A DNA stretch of 63,802 bases, filler included, from Chiloscyllium plagiosum (taxonomy: Eukaryota): the NCBI RefSeq assembly GCF_004010195.1. It is 5 parts of one record of this genome, joined end to end, with 100 filler letters (N's around TTAATTAATTAA, not from the genome) between each part and the next. Parts side by side here need not be neighbours in the genome. Positions count along the whole stretch, not along the records: positions 1 to 17,092 come from NC_057716.1; 4 more parts are not named here. One strand, given 5' to 3'. Shown here in pieces: positions 1-11,159 of this stretch. The notes below the pieces were generated by a model that worked only from the letters and a program-made list of their open reading frames with translations, had not been told where the DNA came from and did no database searches. The stretch's first letter is position 1, and every line of letters begins with the position of its first letter. The translations under genes and the position numbers were made by a program.

Positions 1-924
1 CCATGTACAGAGATTCACGACCCTGGGAATGTTTTGATTGGAGCAAAGAAGATTAATGGGAAATTTCTTGGGGACGTTTAGAATGATGTGGGAGAAAGAG
101 CTGTGGATAGGCGGATTAATCGTCAGGAGGAAGTGCTGCCTCTGACCAGGGTAATTGACCAGAGAACGAGGAGGGAAGACGTTTAATGGAATAAGACAAC
201 TTGTTTCAAATAAACTCAGTGAAATCTACATATATCCCATGCGTTTTTTTATCATCTGTGGATAGAGAAACAGGTCCGTTTTGAGTCAGGTCCGTTTCTT
301 GTTCAGAACGCAAGTTTCCTACATGTCAAGAAATGAGTAGCCCTGAGAACATATCGAGTTGTTTCGGCGGGTTTTCTGGAGTTGCAGCGATAACTCTTCC
401 AACAAGAAAACATTTAAAATCAACTGTGAGGGAAACATGCTCGGTATTGATGAGAGATAGAATGAATATGAAGGATCCCTTTTCATGAGCAGAGAGATTA
501 TTTACACGGCAATGTTCGAGGAATAAAGATGCACTTATTTCGCGCTTTTCAGCTCCACTTTAATCACAGGCACTGAAGCACCTGTGAAGCTAATGTGTCA
601 TTGTCAATAATAATGTGCTAATCAGGACAGTTTGTTCAAACAGAGGTCAAAAAAGAAACTCAGAACTGGCACTAGAAACGCCAGTGAAATTATGTTTTAC
701 TTTAAAAGTTTGTCCTGCTCTTGTTTATATCCAGAATTGTGCAGGACCAGTAATCCCAATCTCAGGGGAAGGCGTTACCCTCTTAAGAAACAAATGAGGA
801 GGATGTTCTCACATTCAGTGTGTAGCAAGTATGTAGAAGTATTTACATCCGAGGCTTGTCAAGACTGGGTATGTTCAAGGGTTCAATTATCTCTCTGTTA
901 ATAGCATGCAGCAAGTGCAGTGTG

Positions 925-1170
925 AAATGTGTCCAAATGTGCTGACAATACACACTCGTGGGAGCGCATGTTATGAAAAGATCATGGCAATATGCATAGG
1001 TATATAGATAGATTGCGTGAGTGGGGACAAACTATTCAGGTGCAGTTTCATGTCCGGATTATGAGGTCATGAACTTTGGTCGGAAGAGTCAAAAGACAGA
1101 TTACTATTAAAATCGAGAGAAAGTAGAAGAAACATGTGACGCAGAAGAATATTATACACGGCACAAAGTT
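925..1170 (+). mobile_element. Degenerate CR1-type LINE RT C-terminal fragment
   Basis: Broken reading resembles KFADDT..DIDRL.EW...Q..F....EVM.FGRK...DYY, the same region seen better preserved at 20419-20600. Confidence 0.6.
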
Positions 1171-1951
1171 TAGTATCATATTCTTTCCCTGACAAAAAGG
1201 ATGGCTTCCTTTCCGAATGCTGACAATGAAAAAGATTGTTTCCCAGGAAAGATAAATAACTGAAACTAATAGCCTAATCGAAAATTTAGAAAAGACTTGG
1301 ATCGTTCTAATGGACGACGTTGATGTTTATGGCTCGCTAACATTTGTTTCCAATGGGGCTGGGAGTGGGAGTTAGGAACCTGGGGAGTGCAAGTCAGTTT
1401 ACCCATGATTACTGTCATCCTTCATCTGTCTACGTCATTTTGTACGTTTTATTTCGCATTTTGGTTCCTGTGAGTGCCCTTGTAAACTGTACCCGCTGGT
1501 GCCTTATTTCTCTGGTTGCTCTTCATCACGACTCGAAAGAATTCAAAATTCTTTTCTCCTTGATTTCGGTGATCTCTAATCAAATATGACCAGAACCTCG
1601 ATATTTTCCACGCCTGTCTGCCTTCTTGCAATATCAGTTGATCCGTCACTGTGTTACTGTTTCACAAATCAAGAACAAATCAAACCGCACCAATAGCATC
1701 TCGGATGTAAACGCAGAGAACTGCAGCCACTCCCCAGAGCACTGCCAACTGTGCGATCACAGAAGCACACATTGAGCAGCCAGGAATCTCAAAACAACAG
1801 AAACACTCTTTTGGGTTACGTACCTGGTTGTATATCTCAATCAGCAAACGAATTTTACATTGGTGATCCCAACAGTTCCCTCACACAAGGAACTAACTAT
1901 TGCTGCAGACGGAGGAGAAAGTGAGGACTGTAGATACTGGAGGTCAGAATC

Positions 1952-2114
1952 GAGAGTGTGGTGCTGGAAAACACAGAAGGTCAGGCAGCATCCGAGGAGC
2001 ATGATAATCGACGTTTTGGCCGAATGCCTGATGAAGTACTCATGTCAGAAACGTCCATTCTCCTGCTTCTTGGATGCTGCCTAACCTGCTGCACTTTTTC
2101 AGCAACGCACTCTC
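1952..2114. mobile_element. Hairpin (fold-back) non-autonomous element made of two inverted Penelope-like termini
   Basis: gagagtgtggtgctggaaaa...ggtcaggcagcatccgaggagca is answered by tgcttcttggatgctgcctaacc...ttttcagcaacgcactctc. The centre has ctgatgaag...gaaacgtc. Confidence 0.75.
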
Positions 2115-2214
2115 CATTGCTCAGACTGTCAGACAACCGAACTTCGAGCCACGGAATCAGCGACACTCAGTGTCATGAGTCAACCTACTGAGGACACCTG
2201 GCAGTGGTGTTTTG

Positions 2215-2765
2215 TCTCAAGTTGATCTTCATGAATGCGTATCGTGAGTTGTCTGTCCTTTATAATGTTTCCTGCAGTCCCTACGTGCAACGTTGTTTGT
2301 CCAAATGTGTCGTGCAGATGATGGGTATTGGGCCATTTTTTGGTGAAATGTTGTCAAATGTGGCTTTCGGTTTATGTTGTCTCATAAATCTGAGTGGTCA
2401 GAGGTGTCTGCCTGTACGTGCCGAGACATTTTTTACCTATAATGTAGAGTGATTGGTGTGTTGGGTCATGGAATGTCCGCCTCGCGTTGATTTTGGCAAG
2501 GGATCTGCGGCAATATCTACTGTTGCAAAGTATTTCTGGAGGATCCAGTAAACAACACAACCAGCTGTTCCGAGTAGCAATGCACAGCGATGACGAGGAC
2601 AACAAATTCGACTGGATCAACACAAAAATAATAGGACAAGCTAAATAAAGTGCAGCCAGTGAATTTTTAGAATGACGAGACTCATCCAATGACTCCATCA
2701 AAAAACAGTTGATCTGGACCCAACATACTGGGACATGCAAAGGACAACAAGAACCAGCAACTGAA
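2215..2765. mobile_element. Penelope-like element GIY-YIG fragments in inverted arrangement
   Basis: The + part (gaattttagaatgacgagactcatccaatgactccatcaaaaaacagttgatctggacccaacatac-like) is homologous to 26560-26640. The - part reads YIGKKCLGTYRQTPL (decayed YIGQTGR). Confidence 0.7.
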
Positions 2766-2977
2766 AGCTGTGTGGAAGGAAATCAAACCAATTCGAAACT
2801 CTTCAGGACAGCAGCGCTTCACACGATTTTCATCTGCCTTGAGGATATCACCGAGAAACGGGAGGAAACGGCCGCCAACCAACTTCCCAAAACCACCAAA
2901 CATCCCCACACCATCTGCACCCTTCACTGGAACTGCAGATCTTTACACAAACCTTGAAACCCTGAAACAGTCAGAGC

Positions 2978-3049
2978 CACCCCAGCGGGAAAATGAACCC
3001 TGGCCTTCCATGTGACAACTGAGGTTACCAAACGCCACACGGTGGATGT
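2978..3049 (-). pseudogene. tRNA-Asp(GTC) relic
   Basis: Ungapped 72-nt alignment to the reverse complement of vertebrate tRNA-Asp (gaaccctggccttccatgtgaca vs gaaccccggtctcccgcgtgaca). GTC anticodon retained, stems decayed. Confidence 0.6.
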
Positions 3050-3099
3050 CAGAGCTAACTGAGTCTGCAAGCTACTTGCGCATGTTCTTGTCAATAACA

Positions 3100-3590
3100 C
3101 CTGCGTGATTATCCTCATCCCATTTTCCATCATTTAACGTTGTATGCCTTAAGCATTACAAATTCACAGTTAAATATCTCTAAAAATTGTGAAAATTTCT
3201 GCCGCTCTGACACATACAAACAGTGATGTCCAGATTCCAACCACTCCCCAGCTGATAAAGTTTTCTATGTACAGCTACTCGAACATTTATGACTCTTATC
3301 TTAAATCTATGGCTACCGTTTGATTGATCCCTCCATCATAGGGAAAGTTTTCGTTAAGTGTACCTAATCCATTCCACTCATTATTTCCTACATCTCAATA
3401 CTGTCTCCTCTCAACCTCTACAGCTCTCAGAAAAACAAGGCCAGTCTAAATGAACTCTATCATAGCTGAAGTACTTCAATCCAGACAATATATTGGCAAA
3501 TCACTTGTGCACCGTTTCCACAGCTGTCATATCGCTTCTTTTATGTGAATTGCAGCATTGTACATAATACTCTGGTGAGAGATGAATAAA
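3100..3590 (-). mobile_element. Old CR1-type LINE 3' fragment
   Basis: Resembles the reverse complement of CR1 3' ORF2/UTR. Inverted paralogue at ~35420-35860. Confidence 0.5.
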
Positions 3591-4075
3591 GACTTGAAAT
3601 AAATGTGGGGAATTCACAAACATTGGTCTTTTCCAATAAATTCTATTTTCCTCGAAATTGTTCTGTGTCTTTTCATGAACTCAGTGCTCCAATGAACTCT
3701 GGTCCATGCAAATCAAACACTGTACATGAGGATTGATAACCAACCACATTATCTGATTGCATAAAGTGTCTTAAAGGTCCTCATGGTGGTATTCGGGCAT
3801 GTTCACCTAACAAGAGTGACAGCTGCAACACTAACCTACCGGTGCCAATGTGAAAGTGAATGTTAATTTGTGCAATGCCCCAGAGACATGGGAGGAGGGA
3901 TGGAAAGGAAGAATAGTGATTGTGAAAGGGAGAAAATTCTCCGAGATTCGATGCAGATAAAGTTTGAAGCAAATAAATCATCACCTTAGAGAGTATTTTC
4001 ACATTAAAATTGATTGTTTCCTTTCTGCGTTTGTTTTGCAAGGGTTATGTGAAGTAACATGGAACAAATGCGCAT

Positions 4076-4146
4076 TACTGATACTCGGATTTGAATGGAG
4101 GTTGCTTCGGCCACAATGCAGAGACGAACCACTGTACGATCACATG
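4076..4146 (-). pseudogene. tRNA-His(GTG) pseudogene
   Basis: actcggatttgaatggaggttgcttcggccacaatgcagagacgaaccactgtacgatcac closely follows the reverse complement of vertebrate tRNA-His. 1-nt deletion, broken acceptor and T stems. Confidence 0.85.
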
Positions 4147-5539
4147 AAAAACCCAACAGTAAAAGCAATAAATGCAATGCCTGAGATTGGCGAGGAACTG
4201 CACCACATGCACAAGAGGACAACGCACTGAGATTGGAATCAATCGTCAACTTCGATGCCCTCATTGGCTGTGGAGATTCCATCATTGAGAATGTTGAAGA
4301 CTGAGTTCAATAGATTTCTAGCAAAGATGAAATGTACAGGCGATAGTACACAAATTGTTGAAATGTAAGTCTCAAAAACAACGAAGTTCCACATCGTTAC
4401 TTTATCAGTCCAGAGGGACCACGTAGTAACAACTGTTGAAAACTCACATCACACCATTTCCCAGGTCTGGAATCAGAGAAATTTAGTGACGCAGTGGCGA
4501 AGATCCGATCGGAAATTGGGAGTGGAATGAAGCCGTGGATATCGACTCCATCTGCCAGTGATAAAGTCCGTGAGCATGCATTCCTTCTATAAATGCAGAG
4601 AGGCGCGTGACACGCCCAGGCTGGGAGCTCCAAACTCGGCTGGAGCAACTTCTGTTGACATGGAATAGGGAGCATTGGGAGAAGAGGCTGGGAGTTCTAA
4701 CCTCATCTGGATACACTTCAATTGACATGGCGCAGGAAACATTGGGTTGATGGAAAGTACACTGAGCCATTTCAATCTGAACTGAAATAGTTTTCGGCAG
4801 CATACATTTTTGTGGATTGAGGGAGGATCTTCCCCAGGGAATTGCCACAATTGTAAATAAACATTTTGCAAAGACTCAGCTCGTGTGGAAGTATCTGTGC
4901 ATTATGAAACGGACTAAATATCATTGCACTCTGACATTTCTCATATTCTGACACTGCAGTCGGTTAATTTTCTGGAAGGATATTTATAAATTTTCTTTGT
5001 GTTATTCAATTTCCTGCAAGCTTGTTCTGGTCTGGTCATTGATGTAATATAAACAACCAGAAATTAGCATGAAGTTAGGATTCGTTTCGAGGTTCTGTCG
5101 AATTACGGAAGAACAACAGGAGAGTAGAGGTGAAATTTATCAGAACAGCAGTGATCAAATTGAGTGGACGGGCAGACAAAGGGTGAAAGGAAGCTTCACG
5201 GGGATAAATGTGCTTTCTTTGCAAATGAAACGTACCGTGTCACAAAGTGGTGACAATTGAAGTCAAGCATTGTGGGTGATAATATTTGCTGGTTTTGTGA
5301 ATGTCTCACCTGCACTGACAGGAATGGAGTATATAAGTCCTTCTACACAGAGTGAGGCAGGGAGAATGTAAACACAGCAAGCTCCAAAAAAACAGAAATA
5401 TTTCTTCTTTTCTGAACTTCAGTCCCGGACTAAGATTACCTTTGCAAAATTATTTTACACCATGTCAGAGGAGGATTTACAGATTCGAACACGGAAACCA
5501 AATTATGTATCAAGATTAAATCATGCCACTTTATTCGCT

Positions 5540-6800
5540 GAGATAAAAGCAACATGGAAGTTTTACCTTCTGACTCGCAGTAATTCTTGCACAATATCAT
5601 AAATTTGTTTCCCATGAAACGGGAACAGCTGCTCTTCCTCTAACGTCCTAAACGTATTAAAACCTTGGTATGTTGAACAAATCACACCTGAATCGTTTTT
5701 GATCTCTGTAGAACAACTTCAACTTCTCCACCCTGAACTTAGATATAATATTCTGCATTTCTTTGACTGTTCTGATAAATCTCCTTTTCGATTTCTCCAC
5801 AGACATTCACATTCTTTGTCGAGATCACCTGTTTGTGCAAACCCAAATGCTGTGTATTCATGTGGGTGATGTCATCACACACAGGCAATTGCTCAGTAAC
5901 ATCACCCTGATTCCTGGGTATTTCCTCGAGTGTGAAAGTTTGCTTTGACCACAGTGCTTCTGATTTCGTTCGAGCTGCCGGGTCCAGCATTTGATTATCA
6001 AGAGAAAATCAAATAAATCAAATAAATGACTTCAGTATTTTTAACTGATAATCTACTGTTACAATCTGACACAACCTTTTGTACTGTCCACTCTACTACC
6101 AATCTTGATCTCATATGCAAACTCACTGACCATGTTTTATACATTATTATCTAAATCATTTGTATGACTGAAAAACAAAAGTGGGCTCAGTATTGAACCC
6201 TGTGGAACACAGCTGGTAACAGTCCTCCAGTCAGAATACTAACTTCCACCACCGTTCATGCCTTCTACCATTAAATTAATCCGAAATAAACAAGAACCTT
6301 AAACACAGTAAAAATGAAACAGAAGCTTATAGGTAAAAATTAGAAGGGCAGAAGGAGAAAGGTTATTAGTTAGTGCACCACTGCTGAAGGATCTCAAAAC
6401 CTGAATTCAGCTTTCCAGAATGACCACTCCTATTCCATTGTACAGTTCATTTCTAAATCATAAAATCTTTGGCCTTAAGCCTCAGCTGTTTACGGAGAAA
6501 CGAAAGGTCTCTCAGCGAGCACTTTTATCTCTGTAATACTTCATCCGATTCAGAGCCTGAATTGTTTTACAACGCCTTTGATAAAAAAACATATCAAGAC
6601 ACATTATCCTTGAGGAAAAGAACAGCTCCGTTTTTTTAATAAAAGCGAACATCTTTGTGAGAGCCCAGTCCGTCCAAACTATCTTCATAAGTGAAACTCT
6701 TCGAACAGACAATATCCTGGTAAATCTGTTCTGCACCGTTACCAATGCAATCACATCCCTGCTGTAATAATTGCAGAAAGCCACACAATACTCCAGCTAG
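5540..6800 (-). mobile_element. Several old CR1-type LINE RT fragments
   Basis: For example 6030-6290 on the - strand retains PQGS.L.P.LF and FA.E/D motifs (ccacagggttcaatactgagcccacttttg; agtttgcatatgag). Confidence 0.55.
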
Positions 6801-6889
6801 AGCCGATTGGGCAAATGAAATTAACAACTTAGAAAACCACAGAAACTGCACTTTTCCAATAATATGACTTTTACACAATACTGCCCCGT

Positions 6890-7400
6890 GGAGAAAGTGA
6901 GAACTGCAGATGTTAGAACTCAGAGTCGACAGTGTGGTGATAGAAAACACAATAGGTCAGGCAGCATGCGAGGAGCAGGAGAGTTGATGATTTGGGCATA
7001 AACCCTTCAGCAGGAATGAGGTTCGTGGCCGTGGGGGCTGAGTGATAAATGGGCGGTTTAGAGGGTTTGGGTGCGTGATAGCTGAGAATGCGATGAGAAG
7101 ATAAATGTGGAGAATAACATACTGGTTCTGACACGAGGTGGAGCGAATAGGTTGGAAAGGTGATGTGCAGGTCATGAGGGCAATGCTGAGTTGGAATCAT
7201 GAAAGTAGAATAATATGAGGGAATGGCGAATGAGGAAACTGGTGATCCCATGAGGCATCAAGGTCCCAAGGGGAAGATGAGGCCTTCTTCTTTCAGTCGT
7301 CATGTGTTTAGGGAATGTCAATGAAGGCGGCGCAGGACCTGCATGTGCTTGGCAGATTGGGAGGGGTAGAATGAATTGCATCAATGATGAGCTCCCAACC
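6890..7400 (-). mobile_element. Penelope-like element 3' part (GIY-YIG C-terminus, 3' UTR, terminal repeat)
   Basis: Homologous to 51960-52485 (caggacctgcatgtg; gaagatgaggccttcttc; terminal gcagcatgcgaggagcaggagag). Confidence 0.75.
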
Positions 7401-7499
7401 GCATATCAAAGCTATTATTACGAACATGTTGTTACATCTCAGGAACAATATCAAACACTATCACACCTGAGGAGAAGGCGAGGATTGCAGATGCGAGAG

Positions 7500-7675
7500 A
7501 TTAGAGTCAGGAAGGATGGCGCTAGAAAGCACAGCAGTTAGGCAATACCTGAGGACCAGGAGTGTCAATGCTTCCAACATTTCTGACGAAGAACTTATGC
7601 TCGAAACATCGACTTTCCTACTCCATGGATGCTGCCTTACCTGGTGTACCTTTCCGGATCCACACTTTTAACTCG
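7500..7675. mobile_element. Second hairpin element of inverted Penelope-like termini
   Basis: Inverted arms around ctgacgaagaacttatgctcgaaacatcga. Paralogue at ~29345-29520. Confidence 0.6.
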
Positions 7676-8399
7676 ACACCACCTCAGCTCAATTGCATAG
7701 GAAAATTAAGATGCACCTGTCACCACTCAGTTGATTCTTCTGTCGCATGTGAGAAAAACTGCAATGTTCATTTCCCCATAAATATCAGGTCATTCATATC
7801 ACTAATGAAAAGAAAACTGCAGGGGCTGAATGTCTGAGAGAAAATAAATAATTGTTGCAGAATTCAGCATTCTGTCAGTTCAACTGGATGTATATTAATC
7901 TTGGTAAAGGAAAAGAGAAAGCTGCAGTTTAATAACTGCTACATTCTGATTCTGAAAAGAAAAACGAGTTTCATGAACTGTAATGTTTCGATCAGGCAAT
8001 GCCTGCTCACCTTGTCAAGTGCTGATAGGAAGGGAGGAATATATATTGGCTTCACCACTGCTGAACAGATGAAACATATCATGATGCCTTCCGAATCAGT
8101 TGATGCTCCTGCATAAAAATCAATGTGACTCATATCCCAGCACAGCCAGTTCGGTGTGTATTTCAGAGTACTGCAACATCACATTTAATTTAAATGATCT
8201 TTATTGATTGTTCCTTATAAATATGGCATTCTCCATTTCAAAGTGCATTGGACAGTATTGTACGCACTCTCTTATTCATCGGTACATCACTCAATTTTAG
8301 TACCTCTCACGTTCAATTCACGACTTCACTACCAAACGACTTTCACGAAAAAAAAAATGTTTATTTTTAAAACCGAAGACTGAGCTGAAGCAATGCCTG

Positions 8400-9700
8400 T
8401 TGGAATTCAACCATCATTCTCTCACTCTCTATGCCTTTTTTTAGTGTGTCTCATTGCCTGTCACCATAAACCTGTGCCCTTAGTTTTGAACTTCACCATT
8501 CTGCGCAAACGATTTAGGCCAGTTGCAAATCCATACCCGTCAAGATTTTATAAACGGTGAGATTGTGAAGCGCTGCCTGGAACATACCAGCTAAAAAGCT
8601 CCTGCATACCCCATCTCCACGCTTAATTCCAGCCCTCAGGTCCCCGCAACATCCTTTAAATCATTCGTGGACAGTTTCAATTTTCACAAAATCCTTCCTG
8701 CAGAAGTTGACCATAATTGCAATCGGTATTCTAAATGTGATCTCACCAATGCTCTATATCGTCTAAATGTGATCTCATCAATGCTCTATATTGTCATTCT
8801 GACGAATGACAAAAAGCGTGCCAAGTACTTTCTTCATCATCTTGTCTACTTGTGACACCAGTTTATCTGCTTTTATAAATTTTGCCTTGACTGATAAAGT
8901 TGTGATTGTCACGATGTTCTGCTGCCTTGACGGAGATGGGGCCCAACATGCAAAATCTCTCTGTTCCTCTGGGTTTCCGCGAGTCCTGCCACTCATTGAA
9001 TCATCCGTTCATGTGTTACTTCCAATGTGCATCACCTCACGTTTTTCATGGTTAGTTTCAACATCCCCTATCTGAATTTGACATTTGACAAATCCATCTC
9101 TGAGCTCCTCCATCCTATGACCTTCTTCCTCACTATTAACCACTTTGCTAATATTCGTATCATGGACAACTCTGTTTCTCATTTCCCGCTAACCTGTTCT
9201 ATATTCTTTACATACATTCACAAACGACATGGGACCCAGCATTCATCCTTGTGTGTTACACCACTGAATACCAGTTCCAATCACACAAACAGCCTTCATC
9301 TCCATCCTGTGTCTCCTACCACCACCAAATTACGTTTGGCTCCAACTTGCCAGGGGACCTTAAATCCCTTTTCATTTTTATCCTCATACCAGTCTCCAGT
9401 GTGGTGTCGTGTTAAAGGCTTTCTCGAAAACCACACAAACAACATCAATTTTACTGCCTTCGTTAAAAAATCCGATCACTTGCCAATCAAATATACTTCA
9501 TCCAATCTGTTAGGCATGACATTCTGTAACAAAACCGTGATGACTCTTCCTGATGAAATCTTGCCTGGACAAGTGGCAGTTAACTCTCTCCTTCAGGGTT
9601 TGCTCCAAAAAGTACCCTTTAACTGATGTGAGACTCAATGCTGTGTGATTCTCTGGTTTATCTCTCCCAATCTTGCTGAAAAGTGGAACTGCAGTAGTCC
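8400..9700 (-). mobile_element. Degenerate CR1 LINE ORF2 (RT); copy at ~27330-28620 (+)
   Basis: VPLFSKIGRDKPENHT.LSLTSV.G..LE..LKER...HL....I..S.HGF is the CR1 RT N-terminal motif. Multiple frameshifts. Confidence 0.85.
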
Positions 9701-10245
9701 AATCCACTACAAAGCCAAAGAGGAAAGTAAAACATTGCTCAGAACACCTGTAATTTCCTCCTTTGTCACAGAGAGGAACATAAGGTACAAGTGCGTCCTG
9801 AATTGGGAATATGCCCACTTCAAGCCGGTCAGAACCACGAACACTTCCTCAGTTCCTGTGCCAAACGTCTTCAGAACCTTTCCATCACTCTCCCCTCAAT
9901 CTGCCCCTATATCTTCCCACAAGAGGAATGTTTGCTAGCTGAAAAATTAAAGTGATTCACTCAGTTATCCCATTTGCTGACATTACTGTACTGTCACACT
10001 GGAAGGTGATCATTCAGATATTTTAACTCGAAAACGCTGTATTCAGCCTTTGTGGTTATAAAACACTTTGCTTGATAGCCACAGGCTATTACAGTGAGAA
10101 ATGGTTTGAATTTTCTCTAACTGAAAAACATTCATTTTATTCCACCTCTTGTGGAGATTCCTATCTGTTCACATCTGACATGACAGAGATTTTGCTCTCT
10201 GTTGTTTATCATATCCAGAACAGTACTCAGGCACAAATCCAAGCA

Positions 10246-10883
10246 CATGATTTCTATATTTATTGACCTACGAAGTCGATGCCAATGCCTCACATTGTAA
10301 TGGGATTCATCAACAAGAGAACTTTTCAGGATTAACACAGTTCTGTCTTATCTGCAGGGGGTCATTACACAAGCACAGTATCAAGCTTCCTCAGGGGCAA
10401 GACCAAAACATGTTGGAAAGACAAATCGGAGTTAACATTTTCGGTCCAGTGACCCCGTCGTTAGCACTGATGGTCTCCAGGAAAATTTTCGTATACATGC
10501 AGAAGATATGTGGGGGCGCAGTAATTAGGAGGAAACAAGATGGGGATAGAGCCCAAAGAGAGAAACTAACAGTTGGGCATAGGAATTGATAATGATTTGT
10601 TTGGAGCATTAACAACTGTTCACGGAGACTGTTTATGACTAACCATAGGTAGTGCATAATGGCTGCTTTGCTATGACTAGGCCTGGGGGTATGTCGGGGG
10701 CCAGGACATGGGAGACGTCAGGCCTCTAAAATGACTGAAATTGATATGGAGGGTTGCGGGGTCCTCAAGCAGAAAATCGTCTGTTGCTTTAACAGCATGC
10801 GCTGAGCTATGTTGGAACACTGCAGTAAGCCTGAGATAGAGACGTTGGCTAGGAAACATGGTTCTGTGCGAAAGGAGCAGTCA
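10246..10883. repeat. Segmental duplication segment B; direct-orientation copy at 25600-26230
   Basis: catgatttctatatttattgacctacg... to ...aaaggagcagtca is present at both loci on the same strand. ORFs 10677..10859- and 26012..26206- are paralogous. Confidence 0.93.
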
Positions 10884-11080
10884 ACGTGAAGCTCAGGGAC
10901 ATTTCTGGCAATAGAACTTTTTATTCTGCAAAACGGTCATTCAGTCCACACTTCATTTCCCAAAGTAGTGGCGACCACAATAAGAGCAGTGAATCTATTA
11001 GACTGGATTGTGCAAAGTGTAGGGAAAGTGTTGCTTCACCTGGAACGTTTATTTGAGCACTTGTGTACTAAGCAGGGAGG
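10360..11080 (-). mobile_element. Penelope-like element 3' fragment (GIY-YIG)
   Basis: The - strand reads FQVKQHF......V..IHCSYCGRHYFG (decayed LIY-C-C-YIG), followed by a terminal repeat. Confidence 0.6.
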
Positions 11081-11159
11081 TCAGAAATGGACAGGTGAGG
11101 AGAAGCAAGAAGCAAGAAGAAAGGATAGCGTAGAATATATTATTAGAGATGTTGTTAAT

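Larger units (their letters stand above)
7040..10260. repeat. Segmental duplication arm A; inverted copy at 26777-29945
   Basis: Colinear reverse-complement match. The ORF track shows paired translations (9510..9818- vs 27205..27513+; 7901..8116+ vs 28887..29114-; 6913..7251- vs 29766+). Confidence 0.95.

Noticed and set aside
3724..3786. catgagga...tcctcatg terminal inverted match as a possible C/D snoRNA
   Set aside because: No canonical box C and no terminal box D placement. It lies in a duplicated non-coding unit.
9027..9626. 199-aa ORF, the longest gap-free ORF in the track
   Set aside because: Antisense to a decayed CR1 RT, and broken in the paralogue at ~27400-28000.
10420..10465. 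Further hammerhead-like remnants (also ~25772, ~46741, ~23295)
   Set aside because: Core residues are missing or incomplete, so they cannot be called ribozymes from these copies.
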